Shown: positions 21,001 to 28,925 of the stretch, in pieces
Layout of the letters: the number at the start of each line of letters is the position of its first letter
How positions within the stretch are numbered: the stretch's first letter is position 1
Assembly: GCF_001194135.2 (NCBI RefSeq)
Contig: NC_068988.1
Location: 15,316,387 to 15,354,770 of the forward strand
Direction of reading: 5' to 3'
Length of the DNA: 38,384 nt
DNA from: Octopus bimaculoides
Lineage: Eukaryota
Program-made: the position numbers and the translations under genes
The notes under the pieces: model-generated
Database searches by the model: none
What the model was told of the DNA's origin: nothing
The model's input: the letters and a program-made list of their open reading frames with translations, nothing else

Positions 21001-21898
21001 CACATGAGTCGCAACCATATGTGCGCGACATCTTGATCTCATATCAAGATAAACAGCACATGACCTCGCAGGTGGAGCCGAGTTAGAATTTTCTTGAGGT
21101 CGAATAACCCATCCTGCTCAAAACGTCCCTGAATAAGGTTTGTTTAAGGATGTTGAAACAAACACTCATGTTTCCAAAGGTGAATTATCCAAACCCCAAA
21201 GGATTCCTCTCAACACATGGCTATGATGCTTCCCCACTATTTCTGCTCGTGATCAGAGATGCACATATCATCAGCCACTAAGGGAGATGCTCAACTGGTT
21301 AAGGTCAAACAACTGACAAGCAAATCTGTGGTATTGAGCAGAATATTTGCTGTAGCCCAGCTTCTATACCAAGGCAAAACAATGTACATGATAACATTTC
21401 CAATCAGTTAAGATCAAGGTGGCGACTTGGCAGAATCGTTAGCAAGCCAGGCAAATTGCTTAGTGATATTTCGTCCGTCTTTATGATCTGAGTTCAAATT
21501 CTACTGAGGTCGACTTTGCTGTTCATTTTTTCGTATCGATCAAATAAGTACTAGTTAAGCACTGGGGTCGATGTAATCGGTTTAACACCTTCCTAAAAAT
21601 TGCTGCCCTTGTGACAAAATTTGAAACCATTATTATTATTATTATTATTATTATTTCCCCCCTCAATCGTTCTTGATTACCCAAGCTAGTTTCCAAGAAA
21701 TGAAGAAAACCCCCAAAATATATTAAAATGGCATGTTATATATTTCATTCTTTTCCTTTTTTTTTTTTTGACTAGATTATTCAGAATTTCCGATTGGAAT
21801 ACAACCACGAAGATGTTCAGCCAGTACTTAATACAGTTATGACACCAGACAGACCACTTCTAATAAAATTCATTCCACGCCATCCAGAAAACCAGTAA
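3474..21898 (+). CDS. CYP10: Mitochondrial-clan cytochrome P450 (CYP10-like), spliced gene: join(3474-3653, 4181-4377, 5817-6010, 8477-8697, 9319-9471, <11933-12060, 15382-15460, 16935-17094, 20139-20182, 21776-21898); 5' incomplete
   Basis: All visible introns are GT-AG and exon phases join into one frame of 492 visible codons. P450 motifs appear in order: PGPKGLP hinge, C-helix WHKYR, I-helix GAVET, K-helix KACLKEALR, meander PKRW, heme loop WGHGPRMCIG. KAxxKExLR is typical of mitochondrial P450s. Segments such as IPGPKGLPILGTLLDYFKKDG, NSQGEEW, LFEERIGCL, RRIAEQE and TPDRP match Lymnaea CYP10 as I recall it; confirm by alignment. Confidence 0.9.
4181..4377 (+). CDS. CYP10: CYP10 visible exon 2 (AYNKRALEYGPIFREQ...RFPHRREMEPMMYHRHQRGVDLGLINS)
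   Basis: Acceptor tttttcgttcag ends at 4180; donor TC|gtaag at 4378 (phase 2); YGPIF motif. Confidence 0.93.
4654..4828. mobile_element. Degenerate foldback or MITE-like element
   Basis: Inner perfect 12-bp IR GCTTAAATAAAT (4733-4744 / 4762-4773); outer IR TGGATATTA...AAATCCA..GTC vs GAC..TGGATTT...TAATATCCA. Confidence 0.5.
5340..5465 (-). mobile_element. Old degenerate family B-like SINE remnant (similar remnants at about 6395-6490 and 13300-13410, minus strand)
   Basis: AAAGTTGACTTTGGCAGGATTTGAACTCAGAAC is the reverse complement of the B B-box and core start. Confidence 0.55.
5817..6010 (+). CDS. CYP10: CYP10 visible exon 3 (QGEEWHKYRSVLSRKLL...EIFKWSME)
   Basis: Acceptor ttgtag ends at 5816; donor T|gtaag at 6011 (phase 1); WxxxR C-helix motif. 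Confidence 0.93.
7360..7960 (-). mobile_element. Degenerate 3' end of an L1/Tx1-like LINE
   Basis: Minus-strand frame with stops: ILCLVSVVKSVL*WTHLKGLKTGIFLSSQALINFFKYH*KRLVRVEREILLS. It is followed by a UTR ending in AATAAA (plus 7374-7379) and (TCA)n. The clade call rests on recalled similarity. Confidence 0.4.
8309..8408. repeat. (CA)n microsatellite; similar CA/TG tracts at 237-322, 24697-24795, 30770-30832, 33446-33518, 34791-34940
   Basis: Direct reading. Confidence 0.97.
8477..8697 (+). CDS. CYP10: CYP10 visible exon 4 (SVGTVLFEERIGCLDPEPP...MNIGKTFVER)
   Basis: Acceptor tttttactatag ends at 8476; donor AGA|gtaagt at 8698; LFEERIGCL is typical of the mitochondrial clan. Confidence 0.93.
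9319..9471 (+). CDS. CYP10: CYP10 visible exon 5 (KINKLQKEIEDGNVNTEESSKFLSYLLTQKSLSLCEATSSAVDLLSGAVET)
   Basis: Acceptor gttgctag ends at 9318; donor ACC|gtaagt at 9472; FLSYLL and I-helix GAVET. Not in the ORF track. Confidence 0.9.
11933..12060 (+). CDS. CYP10: CYP10 visible exon 6, 5' part hidden in the N-gap (KNPQVQEEIHKEVCKVVTPGEELTSTKLANIPLVKACLKEALR)
   Basis: Reads in frame from the first base after the gap; J-helix NPQVQE and K-helix ExxR; donor CG|gtaaat at 12061, and CG plus G of the next exon gives Arg. Confidence 0.92.
12422..12564 (+). mobile_element. 5'-truncated SINE with family B core and a different 3' tail
   Basis: Near-perfect B core to about 12500, then TCCGTTTGTCTGTCCTTGTTTGTCCCCTCTGTGTGTAGCCCCTTGTGGG in place of the B 3' end. 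Confidence 0.8.
12653..12709. repeat. (CT)n microsatellite; (TATG)n follows at about 13131-13200
   Basis: Direct reading. Confidence 0.95.
13643..13852. mobile_element. Probable piggyBac-like MITE (TTAA TSDs, 12-bp imperfect TIRs)
   Basis: TTAA|CATTTTGCCTGT ... ACAGGCAAAGGG|TTAA; 10/12 TIR match. Confidence 0.55.
14993..15215 (+). mobile_element. Hammerhead-bearing SINE-like or retrozyme-like repeat fragment (5' part in gap)
   Basis: B-box-like GAGTTCGATTC at 14999-15009, (AAT)n at about 15023-15075, second B-box-like GGTTCGAAATTCCC at 15112-15125, then the hammerhead. Only one copy is in this window, so repetitiveness is inferred. Confidence 0.45.
15129..15178 (+). ncRNA. Minimal type I hammerhead ribozyme motif (one core substitution, possibly inactive)
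   Basis: CUGAUGA at 15135-15141, extra A, stem II GGCUG/CAGCC (15143-15147/15158-15162), GAAA at 15163-15166, ACGC (one change from palindromic ACGU), U at 15170, stem I CAC/GUG extended by GUU/AAC. Confidence 0.7.
15382..15460 (+). CDS. CYP10: CYP10 visible exon 7 (R-IYPITFATSRVTNKDIEVCGYHIPAN)
   Basis: Acceptor tctaacaacag ends at 15381; donor AAT|gtgagt at 15461; GYxIP motif. Confidence 0.93.
16305..16910 (+). mobile_element. SINE family B, three head-to-tail copies (about 16305-16440 degenerate, 16468-16676, 16691-16910)
   Basis: Shared A-box-like head (GAATCGTTA / CAATTGTTAG), B-box GAGTTCAAATTCC, core GTCGACTTTGCCTTTCATCC...AATAAGTACCAG...GGGGTCGAT, and 3' GGCCTTGTGCCAAAA.TTGAAAC. Confidence 0.85.
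16935..17094 (+). CDS. CYP10: CYP10 visible exon 8, heme-binding (THVQCNVYGLGRNSDLFPQPLEFRPKRWIGNRSDNNGKALYNLTWGHGPRMCIG)
   Basis: Acceptor tatcaacag ends at 16934; donor G|gtaagt at 17095; heme thiolate motif WGHGPRMCIG. Confidence 0.95.
17882..18187 (+). mobile_element. tRNA-headed SINE family C, head in gap, (AAC)n tail
   Basis: Closely similar to 26960-27324 and 33946-34335. Confidence 0.88.
18203..18402 (+). mobile_element. SINE family B with an internal deletion of about 30 bp in the head
   Basis: GGCGACGAGCTGGCAGAATC...GAGTTCAAAATCC...GACCTTGTGCCAAAATTTGAAACC; directly follows the (AAC)n tail of a family C copy. Confidence 0.85.
18461..18630 (+). mobile_element. SINE family A, 5' half
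   Basis: GTGGCTGTGTGGTAAGAAGC...GGGTTCAATTCC...CACCTTCGGCAAGTGTCTTCTACTATA...GACGGAAACTGAAAGAAG. Confidence 0.85.
18712..18751 (-). ncRNA. Decayed minimal hammerhead ribozyme remnant
   Basis: Minus strand reads ACUU UUGAAAA UCUU-UUUAAAU-AAGC GAA ACCGGU U AAGU followed by AAUAAA. Stem I, palindromic stem III and most of stem II are intact; the core has about 3 substitutions. Confidence 0.4.
19440..19751 (-). mobile_element. SINE family A, degenerate, with internal deletion
   Basis: Shares TAAGTTACGGGGA...AAACACACC and GTAGAAGACACTT(C)CCAAGGT with the other A copies. Confidence 0.8.
20139..20182 (+). CDS. CYP10: CYP10 visible exon 9, 44 nt (G-RRIAEQEIFILLTK)
   Basis: Acceptor ttttgcag ends at 20138; donor AAG|gtaaat at 20183; L-helix RRIAEQE. 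Confidence 0.9.
20265..20472. mobile_element. Tc1/mariner-type MITE with 29-bp TIRs, TA TSD and an internal tandem duplication
   Basis: TIRs CAGGGTGTCCACAAAGTCT(A/G)GGTACATGG at 20265-20293 and 20444-20472 (1 mismatch); TA at 20263-20264 and 20473-20474. Confidence 0.9.
20663..20896 (+). mobile_element. SINE family B with (ATT)n tail
   Basis: Full head, core and tail similar to the other B copies. Confidence 0.85.
20897..21417 (-). mobile_element. Probable retroelement 3' region, about 520 bp, between two family B SINEs
   Basis: GC-richer block sharply bounded by SINEs; ends on the minus strand in (AAT)n. Single copy here, so repeat status is recalled or inferred, not shown. Confidence 0.35.
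21418..21655 (+). mobile_element. SINE family B with (ATT)n tail
   Basis: GGTGGCGACTTGGCAGAATCGTTAGC...GAGTTCAAATTC...TTGAAACCATTATTATT. Confidence 0.87.
21776..21898 (+). CDS. CYP10: CYP10 last coding exon (IIQNFRLEYNHEDVQPVLNTVMTPDRPLLIKFIPRHPENQ*)
   Basis: Long T tract and ACTAG acceptor ending at 21775; TAA at 21896-21898; typical P450 C-terminus. Confidence 0.92.
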   Translation: MIQNFRLEYNHEDVQPVLNTVMTPDRPLLIKFIPRHPENQ

Positions 21899-23369
21899 CT
21901 TAAATGAATGAATGAAAGTTAAGAAGCACAAAACCTGTGATATTTTAATTGGCCAAAATATTTATTTTTGTTTTTAGTGGGTAAAACAGACAGAGGGATG
22001 GGTTACAATATCGTATCTATATTCTTCTATAAAAATTGAAAAGAAAAGAAAAAGTAATTTAATAACAAAAAACCCCCAAAAAATACGTAACAAGAAACAA
22101 AAAACAAAAACAAAACACTTATTTCAACCCAGGTGGATATTTTCTTTAAATACTCAAGTTATGAACACACGAACATACGACCACACAAACATACATATAT
22201 ACATACATGTTTGTGTGTGTGTATGTGTCTTTGTATGTGTCTTTGTATGCGTAAATATAGATATATACATGCAAACGTACATCATGCACACTCACACACA
22301 TATATGCATAATGATATCTGATGGTATCCAAAATATGTGCGTTAAGTCTGCCCATTACGCAACGTAGTGAACATAGTCAAATGAATGTTCGTAAGGATAT
22401 TAAGATTTGCTAAATGAATGAACTTGTGTTTTGTGCATAGTCTCCTTGTGTGTGCGAGCATATTGAGTATATTAGAATACAGTATGTAGATCATCGAATT
22501 TGAGAGCTATGTGAATGAGAAATATGATAAAAAATCCCTATGAAAAGTCACCAAAACAAGGAAAAAAGACTAAAAACAAGCATATAATAATTATTTATAT
22601 AATGAATTATATATATATTATTTTGTTAAAAAAAAAGTGAAAGAACAAAAAAATTCAAATTAAAGATTATTTATAAATTAAATTTCGAGAGAGAAAGAAA
22701 GAAATGCTACTTTCTCTCAATATTTAGAATGTTATATAAAAAATTTAAAACACGTGTAACTTATTCGGAACATTTAAGCAGTAGTTAATAATAATAACAC
22801 TACTACACAAGGACTAAATTACTTAAATGAAAACCAAATTCTTCGATTCGAATTTTACATTCAGAGATTCCGAGATTCCGAGAAATGACAAAAACTTCTG
22901 ATCGGAAACTCTGAACCAAAGGTAACCATTGAATATANNNNNNNNNNNNNNNNNNNNNNNNNNNNNNNNNNNNNNNNNNNNNNNNNNNNNNNNNNNNNNN
23001 NNNNNNNNNNNNNNNNNNNNNNNNNNNNNNNNNNNNNNNNNNNNNNNNNNNNNNNNNNNNNNNNNNNNNNNNNNNNNNNNNNNNNNNNNNNNNNNNNNNN
23101 NNNNNNNNNNNNNNNNNNNNNNNNNNNNNNNNNNNNNNNNNNNNNNNNNNNNNNNNNNNNNNNNNNNNNNNNNNNNNNNNNNNNNNNNNNNNNNNNNNNN
23201 NNNNNNNNNNNNNNNNNNNNNNNNNNNNNNNNNNNNNNNNNNNNNNNNNNNNNNNNNNNNNNNNNNNNNNNNNNNNNNNNNNNNNNNNNNNNNNNNNNNN
23301 NNNNNNATATATATACACTTCGGTTTGTCCCTTTATTTCGTTGTATATGTATCAGTCTCTTTTAAGACA

Positions 23370-23419
<50 letters not shown>

Positions 23420-23897
23420 CTGTCTTTTTCCTCTAGCTTTTTAGAAGTTCTGCAGACGACACTTCTATAACTATAAAATATATGCCAAACTGGCAACACA
23501 CTCAAGTTGTACTGCCGGGTCAATCATTTTTGGAAATTATTCATAATACTTGACCTGAAAGTTCTCCTGAATAGTATTTCAACAAATTCTCATCAACACA
23601 CAGAATATATTTAAGGACATTGTTCAACATGTCCTGCAGCGATCTTCTATAATATGCCAGCGTGAACGTACGCTGCATAACCGCCATTTTCTTGCTGATT
23701 GAGGGTTAGAAGGAGCCAACCAAGCTACACATGATAAGTAAGCATCATATATCTGCACTTAGCCATGGGCTTGACAACTTCTCTTGCACAGGCAAAGAGA
23801 TAAGGTGCTAATAACTGATATACATTATAACAAACATTAAAGTCTGAAATGATAATAATAATAATAATAATAACAACAGCAACAACTATAATATTAG

Positions 23898-24088
23898 TGG
23901 CTTCAAATTGGTACAAGACCAGGAATTTTTAGCGAGAGGGAGTTAGCCAATTATATTGACCCCAATACTTCATTGTTACTTTATCCTATCGATTCCGAAT
24001 GGACAAAGCTGGAATTTGAGTTCAGCACGTAAAAAAAACAGAAAGCATTTCGTCCAACGCGCTAACGATTCTACCAGTTCACAACCTA
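23898..24088 (-). mobile_element. SINE family B, degenerate
   Basis: GCTAACGATTCTACCAG and CAAATTGGTACAAGACC on the plus strand are the reverse complements of the B head and B 3' end. Confidence 0.7.
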
Positions 24089-24089
24089 A

Positions 24090-24098
24090 GTAGTAGTA

Positions 24099-24175
<77 letters not shown>

Positions 24176-24177
24176 TA
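24090..24177. repeat. (AGT)n-(AAT)n microsatellite
   Basis: Direct reading. Confidence 0.95.
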
Positions 24178-24693
24178 GATAATGTTGTTACGAGATTGAG
24201 AGAAGATAATTATATATTTTTGTAATTATATAAATTATATTGTTAATTGTATATTTTAATTTAAAAGCAAAGACAATCTATTTTTCTGTTGAACACCAGC
24301 TGTGCCAGAATGTAAGCATGTGTGTATTGTACGATTGGGCTGTGTGTGTGTGTGTGTGTGTATAAATCTCTAAGTGTTATTTATATTTGCCTACCATTTT
24401 CCATCCAAGAATTTTGAATTAGAATTCTAATTCTGAAGACACAAAAACAAATTTCTCCAGGATTTCAATGTCGGCTGAACTATTTCTTCTGTCAAAAACA
24501 TAACTTAGGAAGAATAGACCAGCAGAGAAATTCTAATTCCAGAATCTTCGATTACATGACATTTTGTTAATGTAATAATTGTCCAGCAGCTGTACTCGTC
24601 CATCTAAATATGTACTTGAAATATTTGTTTAAACACTAATGACCGAGCATGTTTAAATAGTTACATAAAACTAAGCATATATCTAGAGCCGTC

Positions 24694-24765
<72 letters not shown>

Positions 24766-26222
24766 ATGCATGCACGCACACACACACACACACACCTCAT
24801 GCAAAAATATGATACTTGAGTGCATTCACATATGCAATTAAGCGTATATATACCTCAAACACAACATTAAGACAACAACCAAAACTCATGAAAAAATGAT
24901 CAAATTGATATCCTCCATGTTTTTGTCGTTCTACTTGATTGAATCTAGATGATCAAATGATCAAACGATCAACAGACCGTGACTAGTCAACAGACACGCT
25001 CCAACAAAGAAATTATATAGTAATATCGACACAGAGATTGTTTGATGTGTTATAGTTATCATTTAACAGAGAAACGATTGAAATACAAGTTATGCGGACA
25101 TCAATGACTGAAATATTTATGTCGGCTTAAGCGACTCGAAATAATTCTCAAGCAAACAGTTCTGTCGACTGTTATCAATAAATTGATATTCACTTACATA
25201 ACATATTCTCGTCCGCATTGAGTTTCATGAAGTCTCATAGATACATATACATTCATGCATGCACATATACATACATACATACATACATAAAAGAAAACAT
25301 ACAAATCTGCACAAATACATGCAAATACATGCATGCAAAAATACGCTGTTGATATTGAAGTTCCAAGAAAGAAGTCTTGGCTCTAGTTTAAAAGCCGGCT
25401 TCTTCTCTTTTGATAGGAAATCTTGAAATAAAACTGAATAACTACATACGCACATATACACATAAGTAATATATATATANNNNNNNNNNNNNNNNNNNNN
25501 NNNNNNNNNNNNNNNNNNNNNNNNNNNNNNNNNNNNNNNNNNNNNNNNNNNNNNNNNNNNNNNNNNNNNNNNNNNNNNNNNNNNNNNNNNNNNNNNNNNN
25601 NNNNNNNNNNNNNNNNNNNNNNNNNNNNNNNNNNNNNNNNNNNNNNNNNNNNNNNNNNNNNNNNNNNNNNNNNNNNNNNNNNNNNNNNNNNNNNNNNNNN
25701 NNNNNNNNNNNNNNNNNNNNNNNNNNNNNNNNNNNNNNNNNNNNNNNNNNNNNNNNNNNNNNNNNNNNNNNNNNNNNNNNNNNNNNNNNNNNNNNNNNNN
25801 NNNNNNNNNNNNNNNNNNNNNNNNNNNNNNNNNNNNNNNNNNNNNNNNNNNNNNNNNNNNNNNNNNNNNNNNNNNNNNNNNNNNNNNNNNNNNNNNNNNN
25901 NNNNNNNNNNNNNNNNNNNNNNNNNNNNNNNNNNNNNNNNNNNNNNNNNNNNNNNNNNNNNNNNNNNNNNNNNNNNNNNNNNNNNNNNNNNNNNNNNNNN
26001 NNNNNNNNNNNNNNNNNNNNNNNNNNNNNNNNNNNNNNNNNNNNNNNNNNNNNNNNNNNNNNNNNNNNNNNNNNNNNNNNNNNNNNNNNNNNNNNNNNNN
26101 NNNNNNNNNNNNNNNNNNNNNNNNNNNNNNNNNNNNNNNNNNNNNNNNNNNNNNNNNNNNNNNNNNNNNNATATATATGTGAGTTGGTGGGCGTGTAAAT
26201 GTGCTTATATTTACATACATAC

Positions 26223-26277
<55 letters not shown>

Positions 26278-26279
<2 letters not shown>

Positions 26280-26471
26280 AGAGTTACGGAATGGAGTATG
26301 GAAAATCTGATTCCTCTTTGGATCAACGTAGCCTTTAATCTTATCAAGATATTCTTGTCCTGAAGAATAGCCGGCGGTATACACCTCACTTCGATTTTAT
26401 CACTTCTAACGTTCCAATCGTTATGAAACATGTGTAGTCCGGATATTCCATACTCCATTCCGTAACTCTTG
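26278..26471. repeat. 30-bp inverted repeat with 134-nt spacer
   Basis: CAAGAGTTACGGAATGGAGTATGGAAAATC (26278-26307) vs the reverse complement of 26442-26471, 29/30 identical; no convincing TSD. Confidence 0.9.
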
Positions 26472-26959
26472 CATTCTTTTTTGGCGCACTCGAGAACCCT
26501 GGTAGCCAAACGTGGAATATAAAAAGAACTTTTTTCCAGCTCATCGTTCTTCGATAAAGAAAAGAAATTCGCAACTTTCCGTCCCAATAGACCGTTGCTA
26601 TTCCTGAAAGTTGTTTTTATATATTCACTACAGATTGCTCGGAGCTAAATTTCTTCCTACACCTCGATCCGGGGTCACACACACACATATACATGCATGT
26701 GTACATGTTGGTTTGCTTTTATGTATGTAATTTTTGAGATGTAAAAACAGAAAAAATACGAAAAAGAAAATGAAAAATAAATATAACAATTGGTTGATAT
26801 CGTAAAAACTAAAGAATAAAACCACGAAATAAAAACGCATAACTTGATATAATATACTTGTTGTCATTATTACACATATTTTTTTGTTTGTTATTGTTTG
26901 TGCCTATTTGTATTTGCACACATGTGCGTATATATTCATAGAAGTATACATACGTTATC

Positions 26960-27324
26960 AGTGGTTAGGCCAGCGGGCTCGCGGTCGTAGGATCGCGGTT
27001 TCGATTCCCAGACCGGGTGTTGTGAGTGTTTATTGAGCGAAAACACCTAAAAGCCCCACAAGGCTCCGACAGGGGATGGTGGGGAACCCTGCTGTACTCT
27101 TCCACCACAACTTTCTCTTACTCTTTCTTCCTGTTTCTATTGCACCTCTATTTCAACGGGCCAGCCTTGTCACACTGTGTCACGCTGAATATCCCCGAGA
27201 ACTACGTTAAGGGTACACGTGTCTGTGGAGTGCTCAGCCACTTGCATGTTAATTTCACGAGCAGGCTGTTCCGTTGATCGGATCAACTGGAACCCTCGAC
27301 GTCGTAAGCGACGGACTGCCAACA
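26960..27324 (+). mobile_element. SINE family C, slightly 5'-truncated, with 12-bp TSD ACATACGTTATC
   Basis: Perfect TSD at 26948-26959 and 27325-27336; tRNA-like head; AAC tail. Confidence 0.92.
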
Positions 27325-27338
27325 ACATACGTTATCTC

Positions 27339-27373
<35 letters not shown>

Positions 27374-27681
27374 GTCAGATAGATAGGGAAGCAAACTTCT
27401 TACCACACAGCCAAGTCTGGACATAGTTTAAAAAATGTATCGTTAGCTTGTAGTAAATGGTCATTGTCGTCTGTTCTATATGGCTTTAGTAACCGCTACT
27501 CCAAAGTTCGTTTCCAAGAAGTAAGGTTTTCGATTTTTGGATGATCAACATTTGCTCATACATACAAGTTTGCCTTCTGTACACCGCCCTTGAAAAGCAA
27601 TACGACTTTGTGGTCATGAGTATAGTATCCTTGAAAAGCAATACGACTTTGAGCAATATAGAGGAATAACCAATTCGTTGT

Positions 27682-27763
27682 ACATATATTTTAAACATAT
27701 ATTTTAACATATTTTAACATATTTTAACATATATTTTAACATATATTTTAACATATATTTTAG
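27682..27763. repeat. AT-rich minisatellite, 10-12 bp unit ACAT(AT)ATTTTA
   Basis: About seven units read directly. Confidence 0.9.
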
Positions 27764-27884
27764 CAACTAACTAAATCTTATATGGATCTCCAAGTGTCAT
27801 ATGGCCTCCGGTTGAGAACTATTGAGCTAGAGGAAAATATAGTATGGTTTGATGTTAATCGTTCTGGCAATCCTGGTAGATATA

Positions 27885-28074
27885 CTGGTGCTGGTGCTGG
27901 CTCTGCTGTTGATGGTGGTAGTGGTGGTGGTGTTGTTGAGGTAGTGTTGATAATCGTGGTGGTCGTGATAATGACGAAGATAATGACGGTGGCGATGGTA
28001 GTAACGATGATGATGATGGCGTTGGTGGTGGTTGAAGTGGTATTGGTAATAGTGGTGGTTGTGATAATGACGAA

Positions 28075-28167
<93 letters not shown>

Positions 28168-28192
28168 GGTGGTGGTGGTAGTGGTGGTGGTA
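27885..28192. repeat. Compound (GGT)/(GAT) trinucleotide array; related CAT/CAC arrays at 3705-3830 and 28920-29340
   Basis: Direct reading; includes a pure (GAT)n at about 28075-28152. Confidence 0.95.
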
Positions 28193-28689
28193 CGTCTGAT
28201 ACTATAACAGCTTCGCCAATCCACCGCCACGAACTGGTTCTTTTATNNNNNNNNNNNNNNNNNNNNNNNNNNNNNNNNNNNNNNNNNNNNNNNNNNNNNN
28301 NNNNNNNNNNNNNNNNNNNNNNNNNNNNNNNNNNNNNNNNNNNNNNNNNNNNNNNNNNNNNNNNNNNNNNNNNNNNNNNNNNNNNNNNNNNNNNNNNNNN
28401 NNNNNNNNNNNNNNNNNNNNNNNNNNNNNNNNNNNNNNNNNNNNNNNNNNNNNNNNNNNNNNNNNNNNNNNNNNNNNNNNNNNNNNNNNNNNNNNNNNNN
28501 NNNNNNNNNNNNNNNNNNNNNNNNNNNNNNNNNNNNNNNNNNNNNNNNNNNNNNNNNNNNNNNNNNNNNNNNNNNNNNNNNNNNNNNNNNNNNNNNNNNN
28601 NNNNNNNNNNNNNNNNNNNNNNNNNNNNNNNNNNNNNNNNNNNNNNNNNNNNNNNNNNNNNNNNNNNNNNGAATGATCCACGTTAAACC

Positions 28690-28925
28690 CACAATAGATC
28701 CTCCTCTAGTTCGTTGATCGAAGTGCTAGAAATAGCAACTAAAGCTCGTACTATGATGACTTAGAAAAGGAAGGATACGTTAGATAATGCAGTTCTATGT
28801 ACACAATGCATAAATAGAAAAGAAAAGACAGGATGATCACGTTTGGAAAACTTTTGATCATACGTCTGTCTGTCTGTCTGTTCAATCAAATCAAACCTGG
28901 GACTAAACAACAACAACATCAACAT
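28690..28925 (+). mobile_element. Degenerate retroposon family D with (AAC)n tail; other pieces at about 6085-6255 (-), 13455-13620 (+), 29030-29140 (+), 34968-35170 (-)
   Basis: Shared GCTAGAAATA(G/A)C at 13498, 28725 and (minus) 35133; shared (A/G)GATAA(C/T)G motif; AAC-type tails. Confidence 0.55.

Noticed and set aside
21240-21275. CUGAUGA...GAAA on the minus strand
   Set aside because: No adequate stem II closing pair, and no NUH site with a matching stem I.
27588-27651. Repeat-spacer-repeat resembling a mini CRISPR
   Set aside because: Only two repeats, an 18-nt spacer, eukaryotic context and no cas genes.
27778-28230. 141-150 aa ORFs on both strands (poly-M/V and poly-I/T, mucin-like)
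   Set aside because: GAT/GGT arrays lack stops in these frames; no splice or homology support.
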